A stretch of 32,000 bases of DNA. Source: Polyangiaceae bacterium (GTDB lineage Bacteria > Myxococcota_A > Polyangia > Polyangiales > Polyangiaceae). The DNA lies in assembly GCA_025937895.1 (NCBI GenBank), contig JAICQL010000028.1, forward strand, positions 1 through 32,000, given 5' to 3'. Position 1 is the first letter of the stretch; each line of letters starts with the position of its first letter. Made by a program: the position numbers and the translations under genes. Below are positions 8,842 through 16,608 of this stretch, piece after piece. The notes below the pieces were generated by a model. The model was not told the DNA's origin and did no database searches. It worked only from the letters and a program-made list of their open reading frames with translations.

Positions 8842-11286
8842 TCACTCAGCCAGCAGCGCTGCGAGCACGCCCGGCTCATTCCGTCGCAGCTCCACGACCG
8901 GCACCGCCAGACCCAGCCGGCGGAGCTCGGCGGCATTGCTGCCCGTGCTCGCATCCGGCGTGGGCGGCGCACTGAGCACCAGCACGTCGGGCGAGCGCCC
9001 CAGCGCTCGCAGCGCGTGCAGGGTGCTGGTGACGTCGTGCAAGACACCTAGCCGATCGGGAGCCACCAGCACCCAGCGGGCGTTGCCCAGCGCGCGAGCG
9101 AGCTCGAAGTTCGTCGTGCCGGCGCCCAGCGGGGAGAGGACTCCACCCGCCGTCTCTATCACCAGGGCTGGCAGCTCCGAGCTCTGACACCGCACTCGGT
9201 CCACCCAGGACGCGATGGCGTTCACATCGATCTCCTGTCCCTCGTGGTGCGCTGCCAGGGACGGGGCAATGGGCTCACGGAAGGCGTACAGCGGATGCGG
9301 CCGCGGGTGCTTCACCCGGGCGGAGGCCTGCTCCAGCAGCGCCGCGTCACCCCCGCACGGCTGCCCATCAGCGCTCGTCCCGCAACCCGTCTCGACCGGC
9401 TTCAGGCCCGCGACCGCGTGGCCCGACTCCGCCAGGATCCGGACCAGTGCGGCCGCGACATAGCTCTTGCCGACGCCGGTGCCAGTGCCCAGCACGATCC
9501 AGCGCTGCTGCGTGAACGAATCGTGGACGGTACGGGTGCGCGCGCCCAGCGCGAGCTGGGCTGGAGCGCTGGTGGAGGGAGGAGGCACCACCGAGGGCGA
9601 AGCGGCGCTGGCTGACGACGCAAGGTCGGGCTGCGCACGGACGCCGGACGGCGAGGCCACGTCGGGCGGCGAAGCGGCTGGCGGTGAAGCGAAGGAGGGG
9701 GCAAGGCCCGGCTGCGGTATTGAGGACGGCGAAGCGGAGACCGCCGAAGCGAGTGAGGGGGCGGCGAGTGGGGGCGCAGCGAGTGGGGGCGCAGCGCCGG
9801 GCAGCGTGCCGGCGGCTCCGGAGCGCTCGCTCGAGTCGGCAGGGTCGGCAGACTGCTCGCGCCAGGCGCTCAGCAGGGCAGAGCCCAGGAGCTCGAGCTC
9901 CGTATCTGTCATGTCCGCACGCAGAGAGATGCGCAGGCGCGAGCTGCCTCTTGGCACGGTTGGCGGGCGAATCGCCTGGGCTCGAACCCCGAGCTGCTCG
10001 AGCTGCGCCGCTGCCCGCAAGGTGGCGGCCTCGCTCCCGAACACCACGGGAAAGAGCGGCCCGTGCCTGCCGGCGGGCAAGGGGATACCGCTCGAAATCA
10101 GCTTACGCTCCAGCCGAGCAGCGAGCGCGCCCAGCCGCGTCCGGGCCCGGTCCGCGGTGCGCACCACCTGCAGATGCTCCTGCGCCCGCGCGCAGAGCCA
10201 CGGGCTGACCCCGGTGGAGAAGACAAAGCTCCGAGCACGGTTCCAGAGCCACTGCCGGTAACACCGCGCTCCGGCGACGAAGCCCCCCTGCAGTCCAAAG
10301 GCCTTGCCGAACCCACCCACCAGCAGGTCCGGCACCACCCCGACCGCTGCCGCCAGCCCCCGCCCCTCCGGACCAAAGACCCCCAGCCCGTGCGTCTCGT
10401 CGAGGATCAGCGCTGCCTGATGCTGGTTGCACAGCTCGCGCAACGCCGCGAAGTCCGGGCTCGTGCCATCCATGCTGAAGTAGCTCTCCGTCACCACCCA
10501 GCGCACCGTTCGCTCTGGGCGCGGACGAGCCAGGCCGACAGCGAGCGCATCCAGGTCCCGATGGGGAACCACCACCGTCTCCGCGCGGCTCAAGCGACAG
10601 CCGTCGATGATCGACGCGTGGTTCAGGGCATCCGAGAAGATCACATCGCTCGGCAAAGCCAGCGCGCTCAGAACCCCAACGTTCGCTGCATACGCGCTCG
10701 AGAACAGAAGGCTCGACTCCACCTCCAGCCAGGTCGCCAGCGCCGCCTCGAGCGCTTCGTGCTCGAGCGTCGTCCCTGACACCAGTCGCGAAGCGCCAGC
10801 TCCCAGCCGCTCCGCGCCCGCAACGTGTCCGCGCGTTTCACGTGAAACGCGTGGAACGAGCCCGCGCGTGGGCTCACGAGCTGCAGAGCCCTGGCCCACT
10901 TGACGCCACTCGCAGTGCGCCTCCCCGAGGCTTCCGTCACGCGGCTCCTGGTCCACCGTTGCGCCGGCTGTTTCACGTGAAACGTCGCCCCCGCGCGCCG
11001 ATTGCTCTTGGGCGCGCCCAGCGTCGCCGAGGCCTCGGCCAAACACCTCGCAAGCCAATCCCAGGTAGTCGTTCGACCGCGTGTCGAGCACGCTGCTCTG
11101 AGAGCCGCCAAAGTCCGTCCGGCCCTCCGCCGAGCGATAGAGCCCAGCGGCACGCAGCGCGTCTAGCAGCTCCACCAGCCGATCAGCAGCCCGCATCCCA
11201 CCCCGTGCATAGCGCATCAGCCCCTCCCCGGATACGGGCAGTGCCTGTCGAGCCAGCGGACGCGGCCCGCAGGTACCCGCAACCAT
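8842..11286 (-). CDS. bioF: fused 8-amino-7-oxononanoate synthase (BioF) / dethiobiotin synthetase (BioD), with a parS-bearing insertion in the BioF part
   Basis: BioF motifs NDYLGLA, GAGASRLVSGT, YFSMDG, GGFGKAFG and IRPPTVPRGSSRLR. A Pro/Ala/Ser linker of about 120 aa follows. Then the BioD P-loop WIVLGTGTGVGKSYV and a BioD-like body. The true start may be the Met at 11217. Confidence 0.85.
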   Translation of the reverse strand: MVAGTCGPRPLARQALPVSGEGLMRYARGGMRAADRLVELLDALRAAGLYRSAEGRTDFGGSQSSVLDTRSNDYLGLACEVFGRGLGDAGRAQEQSARGGDVSRETAGATVDQEPRDGSLGEAHCEWRQVGQGSAAREPTRGLVPRVSRETRGHVAGAERLGAGASRLVSGTTLEHEALEAALATWLEVESSLLFSSAYAANVGVLSALALPSDVIFSDALNHASIIDGCRLSRAETVVVPHRDLDALAVGLARPRPERTVRWVVTESYFSMDGTSPDFAALRELCNQHQAALILDETHGLGVFGPEGRGLAAAVGVVPDLLVGGFGKAFGLQGGFVAGARCYRQWLWNRARSFVFSTGVSPWLCARAQEHLQVVRTADRARTRLGALAARLERKLISSGIPLPAGRHGPLFPVVFGSEAATLRAAAQLEQLGVRAQAIRPPTVPRGSSRLRISLRADMTDTELELLGSALLSAWREQSADPADSSERSGAAGTLPGAAPPLAAPPLAAPSLASAVSASPSSIPQPGLAPSFASPPAASPPDVASPSGVRAQPDLASSASAASPSVVPPPSTSAPAQLALGARTRTVHDSFTQQRWIVLGTGTGVGKSYVAAALVRILAESGHAVAGLKPVETGCGTSADGQPCGGDAALLEQASARVKHPRPHPLYAFREPIAPSLAAHHEGQEIDVNAIASWVDRVRCQSSELPALVIETAGGVLSPLGAGTTNFELARALGNARWVLVAPDRLGVLHDVTSTLHALRALGRSPDVLVLSAPPTPDASTGSNAAELRRLGLAVPVVELRRNEPGVLAALLAE
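10834..10849. promoter_or_regulatory. parS: parS-like ParB-binding site 1 (inside bioF)
   Basis: CGTTTCACGTGAAACG has a perfect 14-bp core and matches TGTTTCACGTGAAACA at 14/16. It is part of a perfect 20-nt palindrome, 10832-10851. Confidence 0.8.
10969..10984. promoter_or_regulatory. parS: parS-like ParB-binding site 2 (inside bioF)
   Basis: TGTTTCACGTGAAACG, 15/16 to consensus. It lies 135 bp (45 codons) from site 1. Confidence 0.85.
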
Positions 11287-11611
11287 GCCCCGCCTCCATG
11301 AGCCGCGACCGCCAACCGGACTGCGCTCGCGCTCATGAGCCTGTCCAACGCCACGCCTGCGGCCAGACTGCCGCGTTCGAACCCGAAGCTGTCACTGGCC
11401 CGATCAAGTCCCTTGCCCGCTTCGCTCGCAGGCTGCGCTCAAACTTCGCGGCAAGGGACGTCGTCGTCTCGGCAGCGGGAGCGCGCCAACTCAGTCAAAG
11501 CTGCTGCCAGTGGGTGCGTCCACTGGATGCACCCGCGCCGCTAGCCAGCTTGCGCCCCCCGAGCGTGCCGCAGCCGGCGCAGGGCCTCCTCCGGGGGAGC
11601 GAGGTTGCGCC

Positions 11612-11627
11612 TGTTTCACGTGAAACT
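11612..11627. promoter_or_regulatory. parS: parS-like ParB-binding site 3
   Basis: TGTTTCACGTGAAACT, 15/16 to consensus. Confidence 0.85.
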
Positions 11628-12904
11628 CGGACCCTGTGCCGCAGCCTCGGCTCAGGCAGCCTGCCGCCGGCACCCAGAGCTTCCGATACGCAACCAGAGC
11701 AGGTCTCCGATGGCGGATCCCCTCCCTGGCCCGTCTCCATTGCGACCGCCAGGGCCACCCGCCTGCTTCCCTTAGCTGCGACCGCTCGCTGCATGCACAC
11801 CGGCCTTCTGCCGGCATTGAGGCGCTCCCGCGCCAAACGGTGAGCGCGCTCAACTCAGCTGCTAGCCCGTGGCCACGCACCGTCCAGCTCCAATGTCCCC
11901 CCAGCGTCAGGCCCGCTGAACCCATCAAGAGAGGCTTGCGGGCGCGGGCCTCGCACCACGCCTCGTTACCCCGCACGGCGCAAGGGGGCCAGCCGCGCAT
12001 CGCCTTCCCGCCGTCACGTGCCTTGCCCCACCTTCTCCCGTGGTCGCGCGAGACCCCGCGGACGGCCATAGAGTGTATAGGGGTCTCGAGTGGCGACCCG
12101 AAAGTGTGAGCCCCCGCCCGGTTCGTTCCCCGCTGAGACGCCGCGGCCTCCCACGCGGCCGTGCCGCGACGAATGGCAGCCCTGCCGGCGCCTGCCTTCG
12201 CACCGCCTCGTCTGAGCACCGACTGATAGACCCGCGCGCTGCCGGGAGGCCGCTCACGTTCCTTCGATTGGTCGCGTCACAGTCCTCTGCCTCACACGCC
12301 TTGGTTTCTCGTGCTTGACCTACCGCTGGCACGAGGACGAGCGAGCTCAGCAGCCGCTGTGCGCGAGCCTGCAGGCAATGGCAAGCGCCTCGTCCCCGGC
12401 CGCGCTCGAGACGGCAAAATGCGACGCCCGGGACCGCGCGGTGCTGCTGGGGTTGCACGTGCCGCCACGGAGCGGAGCGGGGCGGGGCCGGCTCCCCGAA
12501 CCGAGCGCGGCCCCCTCTGCATCGCCTGGCCTCCGCCCTGAGTCCGGAGCCCTGCGCTGGCGGCCGGGCGCACTAGGCCCACTGGGCTGGGCGAGCGCGA
12601 AGGCTCCGCTCGGCCGCGGGAGAGCGGAGCGCCGCCGGAGGAAACCTTCCCAGCGCAGCCCGGGTTCGCCCCGGCGAGTATTCGGTCTCGCTCGCGCGGG
12701 CGTAAGCCTAAGTGCCGACCGCCACCCGACCGTCGCTGCTGCGCGGGGCGCACCTGCGCCTCCTCACCTTTGGAACGCAAACAATTCGGCCCGCGCTCCT
12801 CATACTCGCTTCAATCAGGCCGCGTGCTGTCTCCACGGGTGCAATGGCCCGCGAAGAGCGCCGAGGCGGGTGCTGCTGCTGCCGAGAGCGGGGCGCGCTG
12901 TCTT

Positions 12905-12920
12905 CGTTTCACGTGAAACA
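12905..12920. promoter_or_regulatory. parS: parS-like ParB-binding site 4
   Basis: CGTTTCACGTGAAACA, 15/16 to consensus. Confidence 0.85.
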
Positions 12921-13153
12921 CTCGGCGCGGCTGCGACTGCGTCGAGCGATCGCGGCGCCAGGTGCGACGCAGACGTATGCGCGGCAGCTGGTCTCCGCGC
13001 GGCGTCACCATCTGGATGGTTAGCGCCAGGCGAGCGCGACGGTCACGGGACGGAACGCGCCGAGCCTATCAATGGCCAATGGCCGAGCCGCCGCCGCCGG
13101 TGCTCGCGGATGTTCGGCGCTCGAACTGGCTCGGGCATTCACTGGGGGGGCCT

Positions 13154-13169
13154 CGTTTCACGTGAAACG
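13154..13169. promoter_or_regulatory. parS: parS-like ParB-binding site 5 (satellite unit)
   Basis: CGTTTCACGTGAAACG, perfect 14-bp core. Confidence 0.8.
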
Positions 13170-13294
13170 GACAAACCTGAGAGGTCCGCAGAAGACGCTC
13201 CTCGAGCCCATCAATGGCCAACGGCGGAGGCGCCGCCGCCAGTGCTCGCGACGTTCGGCGCGCAACCCGCCTCCGGCATTAGCGGGCGACCGCT

Positions 13295-13310
13295 CGTTTC
13301 ACGTGAAGCG
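13295..13310. promoter_or_regulatory. parS: parS-like site 6 (satellite unit, one core mismatch)
   Basis: CGTTTCACGTGAAGCG. Confidence 0.6.
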
Positions 13311-13439
13311 CACCAGCCGGAGACTCCCGCAGGAGGCGCTCTCCGGTCCTTGTCAACGGCCAATGGCCGAGCCCCCGAGGCCTCGGTGCCCGCGGCCGTT
13401 CGGCGCACAAGCCGGCTCGGCCATCACCAGGCGTCTGCT

Positions 13440-13455
13440 CGCTTCACGTGAAACG
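13440..13455. promoter_or_regulatory. parS: parS-like site 7 (satellite unit, one core mismatch)
   Basis: CGCTTCACGTGAAACG. Confidence 0.6.
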
Positions 13456-13587
13456 CGCCAGCCTGAGAGGCGCGCAGAAGGCGTTCCTCGGTCCTGTCAA
13501 CGGCAGTGGCCGAGCCCGCCGAGGCCCCGGTGCTCGCGGATGTTCGGCGCGCAAAACCGGCTCGGGCATTGGGGGGGCGGGGCCGTT

Positions 13588-13603
13588 CGTTTCACGTGAA
13601 ACG
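13588..13603. promoter_or_regulatory. parS: parS-like ParB-binding site 8 (satellite unit)
   Basis: CGTTTCACGTGAAACG, perfect 14-bp core. Confidence 0.8.
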
Positions 13604-13731
13604 GACCAGCCTGAGAGTTCCGCAGGAGGCGCTCTCCGGTCCTGTCAACGGCAACGGCCGAGCCGCCGAGGCCCGGCGCTCGCGAATGTTGGGCGCGCAA
13701 ACGTGCTCGGGCATTAGCGGGAGGGACGGTT

Positions 13732-13747
13732 CTTTTCACGTGAAACC
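13732..13747. promoter_or_regulatory. parS: parS-like site 9 (satellite unit, one core mismatch)
   Basis: CTTTTCACGTGAAACC. Confidence 0.55.
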
Positions 13748-13872
13748 GACCAGCCTGAGAGTCCCACAAGAGGCGCTCCCCGGTCCTGTCGACGGCCAAT
13801 GGGCTAGACGCCGAGGGCCGTGCTCGCGGCTGTTCGCGCTCACCGGGCTCACGCATTACCGGGTCACCCGCT

Positions 13873-13888
13873 CGGTTCCCGTGAAACG
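13873..13888. promoter_or_regulatory. degenerate parS-like site 10 (last, decayed satellite unit)
   Basis: CGGTTCCCGTGAAACG. The right half-site is intact; the left half has two core mismatches. Confidence 0.35.
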
Positions 13889-14913
13889 CACGAGCCCGAG
13901 AGTCGCTCCCCCTAACGCGGGGCCTCCAACCATCGACAGCCACGGTCGACATGAACTTTGCATCCGCTGCCTCACACGAGTCGCGGACACTGCGACAGCG
14001 TCAAGGCGTCCTCATTTGGGAGCTCACTCAACGGAACCTGCCACCCCATCCGAGACAAGCTTGCTACGCCTCGGCGGGGCTCACTGAGGCTGCCACCCCC
14101 ATCCTCGTCCTCCTCCCGCGAGTGGCTCCCCACATCGTCAGCCCGCCCGAGGGTGCGGCGGCAGCCGCCTCGCTTCCTTCGGACCTGTGCCGTGAGGCCC
14201 GTAGTGCGCTCTCGCTCTGCCTCAGCTTCGTCTCCCCCTCGTCGATGCTCCGGAGCGTGCAGCCGCTGCGGCACGCGAGCACCCACCCTCGTCGCGGCGC
14301 TCCGCGCCGGCTATCGTTGGTTGCCACCCGCGAGCGGCTAGCTCTCGAGAGAGCCGGTCGGCGCCCGCTGGAGCCGACCCGAGCAGAGCGCGCGGCGCCC
14401 GCGCCGAATCGACTTCTCCCCGTGGCAGCGCCGTGCGGCTGGACGGGGACACGCTGGAGCCGCACGCCTGCCGGCCGCACTCGCTCCAGGCGTGAGAGAA
14501 TGCCATCGTCAGGAAAGGAACGACGTACCCCCGGAAGTAGCGGAGCGGGGAGATGACCCAGACTAACCCGCGGGACAACGGTGACGGCAGCGTCCCGCGG
14601 AAGCCCGGCTTCCCGCGGCCATGGCTTCGGTGCGGCTCTGGCCACGGCTCCGACCCCGACGTCGCCTCGAAGCTCGGCACGGCCGCGCCGTCCGATGTCC
14701 GGCCCCCTGCCCACCGAGGTACCCTTCTTGGCCATGCAGCCCTTCGCCCAGCACCGTCCGAGAACCCGCTCCAACAAGGTCGCTTCGACGCCCAGCGACC
14801 CTCGCCGGAACTGGCTTCAACCAGCCGGAGCCAAGAAGGCTTTGATCCGAACCCGCGCCCTCATCTTCCGGCGCCCTGTCCGCCGTGCGCAGCAGCCGCC
14901 AATAGACGCTGAT

Positions 14914-14929
14914 GGTTTCACGTGGAACA
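14914..14929. promoter_or_regulatory. parS: parS-like site 11 (isolated)
   Basis: GGTTTCACGTGGAACA, 14/16 to consensus with one core mismatch. Confidence 0.6.
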
Positions 14930-14999
14930 ACCAGTAAGCCGCTGGGGCACGCAACCCCAGAGCTCGGCGTTCACCCTCTTACACGCGCACTCCCGGCCC

Positions 15000-15800
15000 G
15001 CCTGTCTGCGGACCTCGCCCGGTACTGGTGGGGGCCACGAACCTAAGCGTCGAATGCCGAGTCGCTGCGGTCCCACCGTCCTGGCGCGCACGAGAGCTGC
15101 TCGCGCGGACCCCTCCCGGCTCCAGAGTTCGTGGGAGCCTGAACAGCCTCCCTCCGGCTGCTAGAAGCCGAGTCACTGCCTGGACGCTGCTCCGGCGGGT
15201 CTGCCCGCGTCGGACCTCGCTGGATACTAGCGAGTCTTCCGGCACCTGAAGCCCGAGTCACCGCCCAAGCGGTCTCACCGGGCGTGGCGGCGGTACACGA
15301 GAGCCGTCACACCAAGCCATCGCCCGCCGCCGGACCTCGCTGCCTACCGAACAGCTGACGAGGCCGTGTCTTCCGGCACCAGAGGCCAAGTCGCTGCCCC
15401 GCAGGCCTCGCCGCCAGGGCCAGCGCCGCGAGCCGCTCGTTCGGCTCCTTCCGAGCGGGCCTCGATTACGGGACAGGCCGCGAGCCCTCACCGGAGCCAT
15501 TCGGCGCCCAAGCGGTCCACCGCCGCGGCCCGACGTTACGGGAGGAGATCACCGACCAATCCTGGCGGCGGCCTCGTTGAGTGCTCCACGGGTCGGAGTC
15601 CTTCCGACCACCTGCAAGGGCGATTCGCTGCCGAGCGGTCTACCGCAGTCGTCGCGTGAACGGTGCCACTCGCCCATGAGCAAGCGACGTGCGGACCGCG
15701 CGGCGTCTCCACCGCACACTTGGCGGTGAGCGGGTGACGACGAGGGAGGCCCGCCGGCGCCCAGATGGTCTGCTTCCGGCACCATCCTCGGCCCGCGTTG
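15000..15800. repeat. second, degenerate direct-repeat family (no parS)
   Basis: CGGACCTCGC occurs at 15009, 15211 and 15331. GTCTTCCGGCACC occurs at 15234 and 15368, with GCTTCCGGCACC at 15772. GCCGAGTCRCTGCC-like blocks occur at 15056, 15167, 15251 and 15384. Spacing is roughly 110-135 bp. Confidence 0.5.
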
Positions 15801-15866
15801 GCGACCACCCAGCGTGCTCCGGTGCATCCCGCCGCTGACGCACCGGCGACGGTCCGGCTCCACCCG

Positions 15867-15933
15867 CTGCGCTGGTGGTGACACCCCCTGCTCGGCCCCA
15901 CTGCGCTGGTGGTGACACCCCTGCTTGGCGCGG
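15867..15933. repeat. 34-bp tandem duplication
   Basis: CTGCGCTGGTGGTGACACCCCCTGCTCGGCCCCA (15867-15900) is followed at once by CTGCGCTGGTGGTGACACCCCTGCTTGGCGCGG (15901-15933). Confidence 0.8.
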
Positions 15934-16608
15934 GTGCGTGCATCCGGCGCCGCTCGAATGCGTTGGCCATTGCTGGCCGAGAGTGTCGGGCAGCGGAGAT
16001 GGACCTCGCCTCAGTGACAGAGCGAGCGGAGCCGCCGGAGCTCGGTGCCACCGCGGTGATGGCGGGCGCGGCGCTGGGCGCCTCAGGGGTGTCGAGTCAG
16101 AGCGCCGACTCGTGTCTGCCCCGCGCCCGTGGGCGCAGCGACGAAGGACCGGTCGTCGCCGGCTCGAGTTCCCGTTGACCGACCGTGCTTCACCAGTGCA
16201 TCGAGCGGCCAACCTCCCCAAAGCCAGCCACTCGGCTGGCTCGCACGAGGGCAGTGGTCAACCGCCCACGCTCCTGTCGCCCCGCTCTGCGTCGAGTCCC
16301 GCGGCGCGGACACGGCCTCCGAGCAAGCACTATCACTGCACTGCTGGCCTTTCACTCCGACCTCGGATCACGTCCTTGGCGCTGATCACGCTGCGTGGAC
16401 TGAGTGATCACGATGGGCGGAACGCCCAACCTTCGCTACGCCCGTTACCGCGAGGTGGCGTGCGCCGGATGCTTCCCGCAGCCGGCAGCACCCTGCCGCG
16501 TCGGCCCAGCGCCATCCCCGATGCGCTCGCCATGGTCTCCCTCCCAGCACCAGGAGCCCGCGCCGCTTCGCCACTCGCGCGCGCGCACTTTGCTCGGCTG
16601 ACCGGTCC

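Larger units (their letters stand above)
13040..13925. repeat. head-to-tail satellite of about 6 units (period 141-148 bp), each unit carrying one parS-like palindrome
   Basis: parS 16-mers start at 13154, 13295, 13440, 13588, 13732 and 13873 (spacings 141, 145, 148, 144, 141). Between them recur the blocks GGACCAGCCTGAGAG, CCGCAGGAGGCGCTCTCCGGTCCTGTCAACGGCCAATGGCCGAGCC, GTGCTCGCGGATGTTCGGCGCGCAA and GGCTCGGGCATT. There is a partial unit at 13040-13153 and a decayed end at about 13925. Confidence 0.85.

Noticed and set aside
12013-12022. Other CACGTG-containing sites: GTCACGTGCC at about 12015, GCACGTGC at 27754-27761, and the half-site-like CGCGTGAACGG at about 15652.
   Set aside because: They share only the 6-bp core or a partial half-site and lack the TTT/AAA flanks that define parS. 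They are not counted as ParB sites.
12100-12135. GGTTCGTTCCCC resembles a tRNA T-loop (GGTTCGAATCC).
   Set aside because: The flanking bases do not form a T-stem, and no acceptor or anticodon arms could be drawn. I recognised no tRNA, rRNA, tmRNA or RNase P signature anywhere in the window.
12315-13451. 378-aa ORF, with similar ORFs at 10842..11843, 13072..13599, 13506..14087 and 15875..16675, carrying repeated VSRET or FHVKR peptides that could be taken for a repeat protein.
   Set aside because: The VSRET and FHVKR peptides are simply two reading frames of the GTTTCACGTGAAAC palindrome. Composition is Arg/Pro/Ala/Ser-rich shadow-ORF type. Satellite periods of 145 and 148 bp break the frame, and the third frame of the palindrome contains TGA on both strands.
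12905-13925. Regularly spaced palindromic repeats looked superficially like a CRISPR array.
   Set aside because: The repeated unit is the whole ~144 bp. The would-be spacers are conserved between units rather than unique, and the period is far longer than repeat plus spacer in CRISPR. The palindrome is the canonical parS, and no cas genes are present.
12287-13978. The exact 12-mer CTGCCTCACACG occurs on both sides of the main parS array (12287-12298 and 13967-13978). This suggested direct repeats or target-site-like boundaries of an inserted element.
   Set aside because: The flanking sequence around the two copies is not similar. No terminal inverted repeats or transposase remnants were found. 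The left copy is more than 600 bp from the first array site. It is possibly a coincidence and worth a dot-plot only.
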